DNA from: a virus
Taxonomy: Duplodnaviria; Caudoviricetes
Reading direction: 5' to 3' (one strand)
Virus record (IMG/VR): IMGVR_UViG_3300016471_000834
Span: 1-64,000 of that record
DNA length: 64,000 nucleotides
Position numbers and translations under genes: made by a program. Below, one piece after another: positions 53,337 to 62,697 of the stretch; positions within the stretch are counted from its first letter, which is position 1, and the number at the start of each line of letters is the position of its first letter. The notes below the pieces were generated by a model, which ran no database searches, had not been told where the DNA came from, and saw nothing but the letters and a program-made list of their open reading frames with translations.

Positions 53337-55718
53337 TCATGCATACCACTGCGGGTCTACCCCTTCCTCCTCCTGACGCTTCGCTTCCGCCTGAACCAGC
53401 TTACGGAACGCCATCAGGCCATCCAAAGCACCGGTGAGCGCCGTGGCAGCTCCCTGGACCTCTCCATCCCCGAACCACTGGAGAACGTCAGCTGGCGTCA
53501 TGGGAAGGACTCCCCCGAACCGAGCGGCGCTGTCCATGTTCGCCAGGTACAGGGCTCGAGCCGCCTCGGCTGTCTCCTCGCACATGACCACCTTGTACTC
53601 GTCCCAGGTTCCCGTGGTAGGGTGAACCTGGATGACGACGAACGCCTTTCCCGTTGGCTTTGCGTCCGGCCTCCACCAGACGTCTGCAGGCTCACCATCC
53701 GTGCCCAGCGTCCCCTTGATGTAGCCGTAGTTGGCCGTGAGGGGGGCAGACCCCTCGAAGCGCACGGCGCCGGCCGGCACTTCGGTCACCAGCGTCAGCC
53801 CGTCGAGCACTGTTTCAGGCAGCTCGCCTTTGCGGGCAGCTCGAGCGGCGGCAGGCTTTGCGTCCTTCGGCTTTGCAGCCTGGGGCTGCTCCTGAGCTGC
53901 CGGGAGCGGCTTGGGCTTCCTGCCGGCTGCCGGGGCTTTGCCGGGGGTCGACGGGGTCGGCTGCTCGCCGGGCTGTCCTGCGCTGGCCCGAGCGGCAGTG
54001 GCTTGAGCCTTCAGCTGCATCTCCAGCTGGGTTCTAGCCTGCTCCTCAGCCTGAGCCGTTGCATTCTGGATGGCGTCGGTGATGGACCCGTTGGGGTCCA
54101 TGCTCTTGTCGAGCATTTGCGTCACCAACTCGAGCGGCTTATCACCCCACTTTTCCTTGATGAGCGGGGTCTCGAGTCCGGTGAGCTCATTCCAGAGCCG
54201 GATGAGCTGGTTCGGGGAGGCACCACCTCCCTGCACAACCTGCCCGACCACCTGGGCCTGACGGTAGTTCACCGCGGCCAGAGACTTGAACCGCAGCGTC
54301 CAGTAGTTGACGCCCATCTCCGGCAGGAGCCGGGTATTGAGGGGTGTCTCCCATCGGAGTTGCCGAATTGGCCTGAATACCTGGTCCTCTGTCACGCTGA
54401 GCGCGGTGTCGGCGGTCTCTCGGTTGTAGCTCTCGGTGTCCCCGTAGAAGATGGGGGAGAGCCGGAACATCCGAGCCACCGCCTGCCTCGATGTAGCGAT
54501 GAGCGAGTCCTTCCCATGGTAGATGGCCTCGGGGACCTCCCAGGTAATGTCCTCCATTGCCATCCGGGGGGCGGCATCCTTCGTACCGTTCAAGCTGTCC
54601 ATGCTCGTGTCGGTCTCCGCCTCGAGGACGAGGACGCTGAAGCTCTGCCGCTCCCCTCGAATGGAGTCGGTTCCCTCGAGCTTCGCCATGAATTGCTTGA
54701 GCGAGGCCTGCTTCCAGGTACCCCCGGCGATCATGGCCACCTTCAGCCCGATGGGCGCCTTCGCAAACCAGCGCGGCATGAGTTCTGCCGCTGATCGCCC
54801 GGCGCGAATGTGCGGGGAGGCTCCGACCCAGGAAGGCACGCCGTAGCTCCCCTCTGGGAAGTAGTTCGCGAAGTGAAGTACCTCGGTTCCGTTCAGGTCA
54901 GATCCATCCTCAGCGGCAGGCCACGGATCATTCCTGAACGCGCCTGTGCGCCAGTTGATGTGGCGCGGGTCTCCGAACGCCTTGAACCAGCGGATGCCAT
55001 TCGCCGTCACCTGACAGAAGGCCCGGAAACGCTTGTAGCGCTGCACAGCCACCAGCTTCCCCGTCGTCGGGTGCCTCACCGGGATCTGCACAGCGATGAG
55101 ATCGGACGGCGTCCCGTGAAGCATGGTGGCGGCCTGAATGTGCTCGAAGGCGGCGATCTTCCCCATGCTGTTTCTCAGCACCTCGATATAGCCGTCGCCA
55201 GTCACTTCCACGTCCAGGTCCACCCGATGCGTCAGGAGGGCGATTCCCATGCCCCCGTTCTCGTCGACGAAGCAGGTACTGAGAAACAGCTCGAGTTCGT
55301 TTTTCTCCTGGTCTGCCTCTGGGGGAGGCTTCAGCGGGTTGCCCTCCTCATCCTCTTTCGGGAAGAGTGGGATGAGCTCGTATCCGAGCCCCGTGATGTT
55401 GTTGGTCATGGCGGCGATGGCTGGGCCCAGAATGTCGCTGTGCTCGTAGTGCAGCACCAGGTCTGGCTTGCTGTACCGCTGCGCCTCAAGCGCGCCTCTC
55501 TCAAAGAGGGATTCCGCATTGGCAGCGGTCGTGCGCGAGACTCTGCTCGGCTCGATTTCAGGTAGCACATACTTCGGATCAACACCCTGGTCTTGTGACT
55601 GTGCAGACGCATCTTCACGTGGAATCTGAGGAATCTTCTCGCTATCGGGGGACTGCTCAAACCCCGCGAATGGAAGAACCAGACCAAACTTCTGAGCCAC
55701 TTCAGGCCGATCGCTCAT
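53337..55718 (-). CDS. Portal protein (PBSX/XkdE-like) with C-terminal inorganic-pyrophosphatase-like domain
   Basis: DLDVEVTGDGYIEVLRN, EVLHF, YGVPSW, VARMFRLSP; C-terminal NYGYIKGTLGTDGEPADV...DEYKV. Confidence 0.9.
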   Translation of the reverse strand: MSDRPEVAQKFGLVLPFAGFEQSPDSEKIPQIPREDASAQSQDQGVDPKYVLPEIEPSRVSRTTAANAESLFERGALEAQRYSKPDLVLHYEHSDILGPAIAAMTNNITGLGYELIPLFPKEDEEGNPLKPPPEADQEKNELELFLSTCFVDENGGMGIALLTHRVDLDVEVTGDGYIEVLRNSMGKIAAFEHIQAATMLHGTPSDLIAVQIPVRHPTTGKLVAVQRYKRFRAFCQVTANGIRWFKAFGDPRHINWRTGAFRNDPWPAAEDGSDLNGTEVLHFANYFPEGSYGVPSWVGASPHIRAGRSAAELMPRWFAKAPIGLKVAMIAGGTWKQASLKQFMAKLEGTDSIRGERQSFSVLVLEAETDTSMDSLNGTKDAAPRMAMEDITWEVPEAIYHGKDSLIATSRQAVARMFRLSPIFYGDTESYNRETADTALSVTEDQVFRPIRQLRWETPLNTRLLPEMGVNYWTLRFKSLAAVNYRQAQVVGQVVQGGGASPNQLIRLWNELTGLETPLIKEKWGDKPLELVTQMLDKSMDPNGSITDAIQNATAQAEEQARTQLEMQLKAQATAARASAGQPGEQPTPSTPGKAPAAGRKPKPLPAAQEQPQAAKPKDAKPAAARAARKGELPETVLDGLTLVTEVPAGAVRFEGSAPLTANYGYIKGTLGTDGEPADVWWRPDAKPTGKAFVVIQVHPTTGTWDEYKVVMCEETAEAARALYLANMDSAARFGGVLPMTPADVLQWFGDGEVQGAATALTGALDGLMAFRKLVQAEAKRQEEEGVDPQWYA

Positions 55719-57508
55719 CGCTTCTCCTCCCTATGAAATCGATGCGGGAAGGGGGAGACCCGACTCGATGGGGGGTCTCCTATCGTCTTCCTACGCCTAT
55801 CGTCTCGCTTCTCCATCCACCTCCGGATCTTCGTGAGCGCGATCCAGAGTGCCATCACCGTATCGTCGTGGGCCTCGGCTCCGATTCCGTGGAGCTCTCC
55901 GACCAATGTGTCCAGCTTACGCTTCTCCTCCTCGCTCGCCCAGCAGAAGGAGATGTGTCCAAGCTGAAAGAGCAGGGCGAGCCCCGGAATGCCCTCGTAA
56001 GCGTTGTGCTTCTTGCTGTCCGTCGTGAAGCCCACGATCGGCAGCTTTGCGTCCCGCTTCAGACCCCACTCGATGAGTCGACCCCCGGCATTATTCTCGA
56101 CGACTACGAAGTCGGGCCGGATCAGGTCGTGCTCAGTGGTGACCCGCTCGCAAATGTCCAGCGGAGTCATGCCCCTCTTTCGGTATAACCGGATGACATC
56201 AATCTTGTCATCATACCTGAGCCCCAGCGTGATCCCCACGGTGTAATCGCTATCTCGCTCCCTCGCTTTGTGCTCGTCGTCCACAAACGCAAGGTCCCAG
56301 GCCGTCATCACCACCTGGTACAGCGCCCCAGGGGGGGCCATCCGTGCGATCTCCTCCGGGTTCCAGGAGCTCACCACTGTACCGAATGGGATTCTTGGCA
56401 TGGGGCCGTAGGCGAATCCGCGACCACATCCCCGATTCATGGCAGCGGTGAGCCATTCATGCCTGAACGGACTGGTCTCGTCGTCGTAGGGGAGGTTCAG
56501 GTACTCCTGGGCGAAGGCGACGGGCCCCACAAGCCTCATCTGCTCGCGCAGCGCCTCGAGCGTCCACTCCTCGGGCCACAGGGGGACAGTCCCATCTACG
56601 TCCGGCAGTCCGCCCTCATTGTACAGCGCCGCGTATCGCCGCTTGATCCAGCTCGTGAAGTTCCGTTCGTCCAGCAGTCGGGATAGGACCGAATCAGCGT
56701 GCAGAATGGTCCCGATGACGATGGTGAGGCACTTCCCCGCCTTGCCTCCGGTCCCGATGAGGGCCTTCAGGATCCACTTCTCGAGCTTGTCCCGCTGGAG
56801 CTTCGTGATGACGAGATCGTCGTTCTCCAGGTCATCCACAAGGATGAGGTTGGGCCGGATACCAGCCTTGACGTGTCCTCGCACACTCCCGTGCGAGTGT
56901 GCAGCCATGACCCGCACACCCGTGGTCGTTGTGAAGTCGTGGTCCGTCCAGGTCTGTGTGGACCGCTTCCGCTTCCCCTGGGGAGGTCTCGAGGCCGGCG
57001 TCAGATCCCCGTAGTCCTGATGGAGCAGTTGATTCATCTCGAGCTGGTCCCGGATATCCTTCACCCGCTCAACCGAGTTCCCCGCGGTGTCACCGGTGAT
57101 GATGATGAAGGGAGGACGGCCCCTGAAGTGGGGCATGCGCTGCCACTCGTGAATCACCCACAGGGCAAGGCCGATGACCAGCGTGGTGCTCTTCCCGTGA
57201 GCTCGAGGCGCAGCATAGGCCGCCGCAACACGGTCTCGATTCTCACCGTCAGCCGCCTCCATTGGCTCGTGCCAGAGCATGGCGTGGGCATCCGCCCAGA
57301 GTTCTCTGTGCAGTCGCCCGGGAAGCTGGCTGAACATGCCGGGGAGGTAGCGATAGCACCAGGCGCCCATGTGCTCGGGCGCAGCTTTCGCCTGGATAGC
57401 CTCAAGGGTGAGGATATCCTCTATCAGCACGGCCCGCTCTTCGGCCTCCAGGTCGAAGTTCGAGAGGGCGAGCCCGCTTGGTGCCAGCTGCGTGCTCGAC
57501 GTGCTCAT
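55715..57508 (-). CDS. terL: Terminase large subunit
   Basis: Walker A APRAHGKST, LILVDDLEND, IGTILH, FAQEYLN, AWDLA, HDDTVMAL. Confidence 0.93.
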   Translation of the reverse strand: MSTSSTQLAPSGLALSNFDLEAEERAVLIEDILTLEAIQAKAAPEHMGAWCYRYLPGMFSQLPGRLHRELWADAHAMLWHEPMEAADGENRDRVAAAYAAPRAHGKSTTLVIGLALWVIHEWQRMPHFRGRPPFIIITGDTAGNSVERVKDIRDQLEMNQLLHQDYGDLTPASRPPQGKRKRSTQTWTDHDFTTTTGVRVMAAHSHGSVRGHVKAGIRPNLILVDDLENDDLVITKLQRDKLEKWILKALIGTGGKAGKCLTIVIGTILHADSVLSRLLDERNFTSWIKRRYAALYNEGGLPDVDGTVPLWPEEWTLEALREQMRLVGPVAFAQEYLNLPYDDETSPFRHEWLTAAMNRGCGRGFAYGPMPRIPFGTVVSSWNPEEIARMAPPGALYQVVMTAWDLAFVDDEHKARERDSDYTVGITLGLRYDDKIDVIRLYRKRGMTPLDICERVTTEHDLIRPDFVVVENNAGGRLIEWGLKRDAKLPIVGFTTDSKKHNAYEGIPGLALLFQLGHISFCWASEEEKRKLDTLVGELHGIGAEAHDDTVMALWIALTKIRRWMEKRDDRRRKTIGDPPSSRVSPFPHRFHREEKR

Positions 57509-58149
57509 TACTTCCCTTCAGCTTTGCCCTGGATCACTCCCAGACCCAGAGCCGCCATTTTCCGCTCCGCTGCAGCTCGACGTTCAATCAACTCAGCTCG
57601 CGGGAGTTTTGCCAGCTTCTTGATCTGCTCCTCATCCTCTGGGGAGATGGCGGGCTTCTCCTCCCCCATGCCGATCGCACGACGCTCGATGCTGCTGGTC
57701 TGGTAGATGAGGCGGGACAGGGACTCAAGCTCGAAAGAACTAATCTTGGTACGCCCCCCATTCCCCTCAAGCTGAGTCAATCTCGCGTCGCACAGTCGCC
57801 GGATACGCTGTGCAGCCTTCAGGTCGGCGAGACGCGATTGAGTGAGATGCTTTGCAAAGTCAGTTCCAACCTCTATATCCCCCTCGAGAATGGCCTTCGA
57901 TTGCGTCTGGGACCGAGTCTGGTCCCACTTGAGCGCCCGGTCCTTCCAGTGGTACTCTCGAAACCAATCATTCCAATGCCCAGGCGCATGTTTGGCGTCC
58001 TGGTGCCCTTCTGTTGTACGGTAGGCATTCCGTACACTCCGCTTTCCGGGCAGATTCCGATAAACCAGAAACGCTTGGAAAGCGTCAGACGTTTCTCCCT
58101 CCAGAGGATTCACTGGATCTAAATTGTCAACTGCCATTCTGCCCCCCAA
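57508..58149 (-). CDS. Terminase small subunit-like protein B
   Basis: GETSDAFQAFLVYRNL...W..W...HW..RA; directly before TerL. Confidence 0.65.
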   Translation of the reverse strand: MGGRMAVDNLDPVNPLEGETSDAFQAFLVYRNLPGKRSVRNAYRTTEGHQDAKHAPGHWNDWFREYHWKDRALKWDQTRSQTQSKAILEGDIEVGTDFAKHLTQSRLADLKAAQRIRRLCDARLTQLEGNGGRTKISSFELESLSRLIYQTSSIERRAIGMGEEKPAISPEDEEQIKKLAKLPRAELIERRAAAERKMAALGLGVIQGKAEGK

Positions 58150-58786
58150 AACTCTTCAGCCGCTGGATGAGCAGCTTCCGGTACTCGCGCAGCTCTTCTA
58201 CAGACATACTCTCGAGCTGTGCGGCGAGCAATACCCATCTATTATTTGGCGCATCCTTGGCGTAAACGCCAGAAGTATCTTCCGGCTGGCCAACTTGCAC
58301 AGTCAGCGAAGGCGGGGCGTCCATCTTGAGCAGACGACGCTCGAGTTCGAGCCCGGTGGTGAGGAAGCGAAGCGTCTGCTCAGGGTTCAAATCAGACACG
58401 TTATTTAGGCCAGTAACACCTTTCGACTGTATGGTGCGCACAACCTTGAGCTGACGCACAGCCGTCGTTTTGACCTCCTCGGCCATCTCTTGTAGTGCCA
58501 CAGCGCTCAGGGTCTGGCGCACCCATACCCAATAGGCGTCCCGTCGAATCTCCCAACTCCACGTCGATGACCAGCCCGTCCATTGCCCACTCGGAAACTG
58601 CGCGCCCGGATGGCCTGCCTCCTGGTATGCCTTCAGGAGGGTGCCATCATGGCCCAGATCGCGATACCGCATAAAGGCGATGTATGCGTCCGCAGGCTCC
58701 CCAGGTCTTTGGTCCCATAGCGTTCTCGGTGTCGGCTGTACAGGAGGCGGATTCTTCGGGGGACGCTGCGATGTCCCCTTCCCCAT
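58127..58786 (-). CDS. Terminase small subunit-like protein A (paralogue of B)
   Basis: GEPADAYIAFMRYRDL...W..W...W.W..R..AY. Confidence 0.65.
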   Translation of the reverse strand: MGKGTSQRPPKNPPPVQPTPRTLWDQRPGEPADAYIAFMRYRDLGHDGTLLKAYQEAGHPGAQFPSGQWTGWSSTWSWEIRRDAYWVWVRQTLSAVALQEMAEEVKTTAVRQLKVVRTIQSKGVTGLNNVSDLNPEQTLRFLTTGLELERRLLKMDAPPSLTVQVGQPEDTSGVYAKDAPNNRWVLLAAQLESMSVEELREYRKLLIQRLKSFGGQNGS

Positions 58787-58789
58787 GAA

Positions 58790-59737
58790 CTACTCCTTCG
58801 ACTTTGCAGAACTGCCACCCATGTACTCGCTGCACAGTCGCTCGAGTCCACGCCACCGCTTATCCGAGTCGAGCTCTCCCCTGGCCACCATCGCGTCCAG
58901 CGCTCGATTCATCTGCACAGCCGTTGCTGCTGGCACCTTCGTCACACCTGCCACGCTGCACAGTGGCACCCAACCCTTGTGCTTTGCGCTTCCATCATCT
59001 GCGGTGTAGCCGCTTTGCAGGTCAACTAGGTGCCGTTCAAACACGTCCAGCATGCACAGGAGGCTCACCGCGACGTTCCGCACACCGTTGGCAGCTCCTG
59101 CAGCCTCTATGCCGTCCATCAGACGCTGGTACTCCGCAAACCGGGCCAGGAGCACAGCGTCCCCGGTGATGGCCGACTTTGCAGCTTCGAACACGCTCAG
59201 CACCTTCTCGGCCTCATCCGGCAGGAAGAGGTATTGCACAGTCTGAAAGTCCAGGTTGGCCTCACTCAGGCCCGTGATCTTGGGTTGCTCAATGAGTCCC
59301 AGGGCTTTGTCATCCAGACCGGAGTAGGCCCTCCAGTCCACGTCATCGATCTTCTCGAAGAGGCGCCGCAGAATCTCCGGGTCGTCCTCTCCCGTTATGG
59401 CGTTGTGCGAGAGCTGGATCGCCAGGCGCTGCGATGGGTCCAGGGGCTGACGGGTGACCTGCAGCTGGATAGTCTCGAGGCCGGCGACGATGGAGCCCTT
59501 CACTCTGTGATTCCCGCTCAACACCTCCCACTTCCAGACGCCATCTTCCCAGGTCTGGATCGGGTCCTCGGCAGTGTAGTGCCCCAGGGGTGCCGCAAAC
59601 GGTATCTGGCTCAGGCAGCCGTCCCGCTTGATGTTCGCCACAAGGCGCTGGAACGTCTCGGGCTTCATGTACCGCGCATTCTCCTCCAGCAGCACACAGC
59701 GCCGGGGGTCAATCGTGATGATCTCGGTTTGCAACAT
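58790..59737 (-). CDS. ParB/Srx N-terminal-domain protein
   Basis: ENARYM...FQRLVANIKRDG...EVLSGNHRVKG...QLSHNAITGEDD. Confidence 0.85.
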   Translation of the reverse strand: MLQTEIITIDPRRCVLLEENARYMKPETFQRLVANIKRDGCLSQIPFAAPLGHYTAEDPIQTWEDGVWKWEVLSGNHRVKGSIVAGLETIQLQVTRQPLDPSQRLAIQLSHNAITGEDDPEILRRLFEKIDDVDWRAYSGLDDKALGLIEQPKITGLSEANLDFQTVQYLFLPDEAEKVLSVFEAAKSAITGDAVLLARFAEYQRLMDGIEAAGAANGVRNVAVSLLCMLDVFERHLVDLQSGYTADDGSAKHKGWVPLCSVAGVTKVPAATAVQMNRALDAMVARGELDSDKRWRGLERLCSEYMGGSSAKSKE

Positions 59738-59754
59738 CGCTCACATCTCCACTT

Positions 59755-61143
59755 TCAGGCCTCGCTCGAGGCCCCGGTCTCGTACTTTCCATGCTTCTTA
59801 CGCCACTGAGCGTAAGCCTCCGCCAAAGACCACTGTCCCGCCATCGCCCCGTAGACCAAAGAGTAGGCGAATGCGTCCTGTACATCACCCTTCCCCAGCT
59901 TCTTGCGGCTCAGGCGCTTCAGCACCCCGCGATACTTCATGCTCTCCATCCGGTTGCTGAACGCGGTCGTCACGAGGGAGCGGATGCGCCCGTTCGCAAG
60001 TCTCTCTACGATGAGCTGGACCTCCCTGCTCAGCGCTGCCATCAGCACCAGCTTTGACAGCCGGGGATAGCTCGTTGGCGCAACGGCAAAGTCCGTCAGC
60101 ATGTAAGCCGTAGGCCCCTCCATCATGCTTTCGTAGGCCGCCGCCGTGTCTCCCCCAATCCTTACCGCAAACACCCCAACCATGACCTCATCCACAAACA
60201 CACCGTAGGCCGCGGTCGGCGTGCCTGGGATGATTCCCGGGTTCAGGTATGCCGCTCGCAGGCTCTCGAACACGGGCTGCTTCAGCTGCTTGACGTGGAG
60301 CACGCCTTTCTCTGGGAGCTGCATGCCCTCCTTCAATCGATTCAGCAATGCTGGCTCGAGCTGGCGCTGCCGGGTGACCAGACGCACGGGGCCACCGTTC
60401 GAATAGATGAAGATGGGCACGCCTCCCCCGTCCGTAAAGCAGATCCCTCGAAGGAAGCTTTCCCACTCCTCGAGCCGCTCCTTCGTCCCGAAGAGCCAGT
60501 GTCGGCGCTCGGCCATCTTCCGAAAGAGTTCCATGACCCCGGACAGCTCAAGCATGGGGTAGCTGGGCCGGGGCCAGTCGAAGACGGCTTCGAGCGGCGC
60601 ATAGAGCTTCTCGTAACCGCCTCCCCAGAATGGCGGGAAGCTCACCACCCCGGCATCCAGGGGAATCCGGTCGATGTGCTCCATGATGTCACCGCAGAAG
60701 AAGGAGGCCAGCTTCAACGTGCTCTTCCGCACCTTCTCAGCGGTTGCCTTGTGGAGCGCCGGCCACTGTGCTTTCCAGGCCTGCTGCATCCGCTTGTAGT
60801 AGGCGTTCTGCTTCCCCCAGCCCTCCAGCAGTCGGGTGGCGAGCATGATGGTCGCCACCGCGTCAACCGGCTCCTTCAAGTAGGCCTCGAGCCATCCATA
60901 CTGCTCCTTCACCTCCTCCTTGACACTGATCTCGTGCGGCGTCCCTGCCGCATACAGGCCCAGGGTGGACGTGTAGAGGCTCACATCGTTGCCATGGAGC
61001 CGCAGATCTGGCAGGTTGTCGCAGCACATCCGTTCGATCGTCAGATTCCCGGAGCAGCCCACATAGAGGTCCGTGATCTGCCACTCACGAATGTGCTGCA
61101 AGAGAATCGCTCTCATCGCGCTTGGAATAGAACCTTGAAACAT
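59755..61143 (-). CDS. Adenine-methyltransferase-like domain fused to GNAT/Mom-like domain (putative antirestriction DNA modifier)
   Basis: LYVGCSGN (motif I-like), SFPPF (motif IV-like); C-terminal YGVFVDEVMVGVF...YMLTDFAV...RLSKLVL...TTAFS...SMKYRG. Confidence 0.7.
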   Translation of the reverse strand: MFQGSIPSAMRAILLQHIREWQITDLYVGCSGNLTIERMCCDNLPDLRLHGNDVSLYTSTLGLYAAGTPHEISVKEEVKEQYGWLEAYLKEPVDAVATIMLATRLLEGWGKQNAYYKRMQQAWKAQWPALHKATAEKVRKSTLKLASFFCGDIMEHIDRIPLDAGVVSFPPFWGGGYEKLYAPLEAVFDWPRPSYPMLELSGVMELFRKMAERRHWLFGTKERLEEWESFLRGICFTDGGGVPIFIYSNGGPVRLVTRQRQLEPALLNRLKEGMQLPEKGVLHVKQLKQPVFESLRAAYLNPGIIPGTPTAAYGVFVDEVMVGVFAVRIGGDTAAAYESMMEGPTAYMLTDFAVAPTSYPRLSKLVLMAALSREVQLIVERLANGRIRSLVTTAFSNRMESMKYRGVLKRLSRKKLGKGDVQDAFAYSLVYGAMAGQWSLAEAYAQWRKKHGKYETGASSEA

Positions 61144-61167
61144 GGAGTCCTCCTATACCTCATATAG

Positions 61168-61231
61168 ATCGTAGCATGACTGGCAGACTCTGCTATAGCC
61201 GAATGAGCTTACTCGTCTGCGTTGTTGCTAC
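61168..61231 (-). promoter_or_regulatory. Extended -10 promoter (TGc-TACGAT) embedded in nested inverted repeats
   Basis: GTAGCA/TGCTAC (61171-76, 61226-31) and GCAGAC/GTCTGC (61183-88, 61215-20); upstream of an AGGAGG RBS. Confidence 0.55.
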
Positions 61232-61268
61232 TTAGGTGATAGGATGGGATTTCGCGGCGGGCGTGTGG

Positions 61269-61655
61269 TCAGGACTCAGGCGGATTGATGGGCTGAAGAG
61301 ACCGAAGTTCAAATGATTCCATCCGATTCGACCCATCAGGCGAGGATATCAATCTGTGAATAACAATTTTCACTCCACTATCCAGAAATCCCCTGAGCAG
61401 GTCAGCAGTGAAGGCATGGTATCCTATTCCCTCGAAGCTCTGGAGATGGACTCCTGACTTCAACTTGGCGCTCCAGATCGAGCTGTAGCCGATGAACACC
61501 ACATCTGCTTCTGAACCGACCTTCAACCCATATTTATACTGCTCCCGGTGTCGATTCTCGAACGGGAACATCGACTCCCATTCCGTTCTAAACCGTTCTG
61601 GCTCAAGGTAGTCAGCAGCTGGAACCTGGATGAGTTCCTTGTAACTCCTGCTCAT
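61269..61655 (-). CDS. Hypothetical protein
   Basis: ATGA overlap with ssb. Confidence 0.55.
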   Translation of the reverse strand: MSRSYKELIQVPAADYLEPERFRTEWESMFPFENRHREQYKYGLKVGSEADVVFIGYSSIWSAKLKSGVHLQSFEGIGYHAFTADLLRGFLDSGVKIVIHRLISSPDGSNRMESFELRSLQPINPPES

Positions 61656-62029
61656 CGCGCCTCCCCGTCGTGCATATCATCTGCCAGAGCGGGTTGCTGG
61701 CCGGGCCGAAGCAGTTGGATGGTATCAACCACCACTTCCGTTGACGAGCGATGTTCTCCCTCTGCCGTTGTCCAGGTTCGAGTGTGCAGACGACCCTCGA
61801 GGTAGATCGGGCGGCCCTTCTCGCAATACTGGCCGATGATCTCCGCCAGCTTTCCAAAGGCCACAGCCTTGTGCCACTCAACCTCCTCCTGACGCTCGCC
61901 TGACTTATCCAGGAAGGTTCGCGCCGTCGCCAGCGAGAACGCTGCCACAGGCCTGCCTTCGGGTGTGTACTTCAATTCCGGTGTCCGCCCCAGGTTGCCC
62001 ATCAAAATGACCTTGTTGATACCCCTCAT
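61652..62029 (-). CDS. ssb: Single-stranded DNA-binding protein (short acidic tail)
   Basis: MRGINKVILMGNLGRTPELKYTP...FSLAT...EWHKAVAFGKLAE...KG..IYLEGRL.TR.W. Confidence 0.95.
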   Translation of the reverse strand: MRGINKVILMGNLGRTPELKYTPEGRPVAAFSLATARTFLDKSGERQEEVEWHKAVAFGKLAEIIGQYCEKGRPIYLEGRLHTRTWTTAEGEHRSSTEVVVDTIQLLRPGQQPALADDMHDGEAR

Positions 62030-62051
62030 CGCGTTCTCCCTTCGTGCCATA

Positions 62052-62504
62052 TCAGGCTCCCATCATTCTCTCGGCAGCTACCTCTCGAGCAAAGTCCGCA
62101 TCCGCCTTCTGCTTGTCCTGGATGCACTTGACCAGATCCGCCGATGTTGCGCTGATGTCCAGAACAGGCACAACCCGCTTGCCCTTGCACTGCGGGCAGT
62201 CGATATCATAGGTCCCAGAGGTATACTCCTCGGCCAGGTCGGGATCGGCATCAAAGTCCGCGCTCGTCAGACCACCACAGTCGACCGATGGGTTGACGAC
62301 CTTCCCCCGCCCCTCGCAAAGGTCGCACACCTCGAATCTCAAATGGACCTGCTTCACGACTTCCTCACCATCATCATTCTCGTAGGTGAAGTTCGCGGTC
62401 ATGCTCTTCTCATTCACATCCGTGAACAGAGGCTCCGCCTCCATCGCACGAACACGACGGTCGTTGTAGTAGTTCATGTCCTCAATGTGCTGACGCCAGT
62501 TCAT
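62052..62504 (-). CDS. DnaJ-type Zn-finger hypothetical protein
   Basis: CDLCEGRG...CPQCKGKR; AAGGGGG RBS before ATG 62504. Confidence 0.65.
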   Translation of the reverse strand: MNWRQHIEDMNYYNDRRVRAMEAEPLFTDVNEKSMTANFTYENDDGEEVVKQVHLRFEVCDLCEGRGKVVNPSVDCGGLTSADFDADPDLAEEYTSGTYDIDCPQCKGKRVVPVLDISATSADLVKCIQDKQKADADFAREVAAERMMGA

Positions 62505-62697
62505 CTTGACCCCCTTCATCATGCGCTGTTGCCGTCCCGGCGAATACCCTTCGTGCCATCGAAGCACCCGCCGTAACCATCTCATAAAGTAGGTTGATGG
62601 TGTAATAGTATCCTAACATATTGACGCTGGATTGGAAGAAAAAAGCGGGAGTGTGCAGAAAAGTGGTTCATTTTCGCGGGTGTTGCTATCTGCACAG

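Noticed and set aside
53250-54794. Long plus-strand ORFs (also 36446-38005, 35208-36401, 27835-29109, 15585-16634, 3569-4501)
   Set aside because: They are antisense shadows of well-supported minus-strand genes in GC-rich DNA, with no recognisable motifs or RBS.
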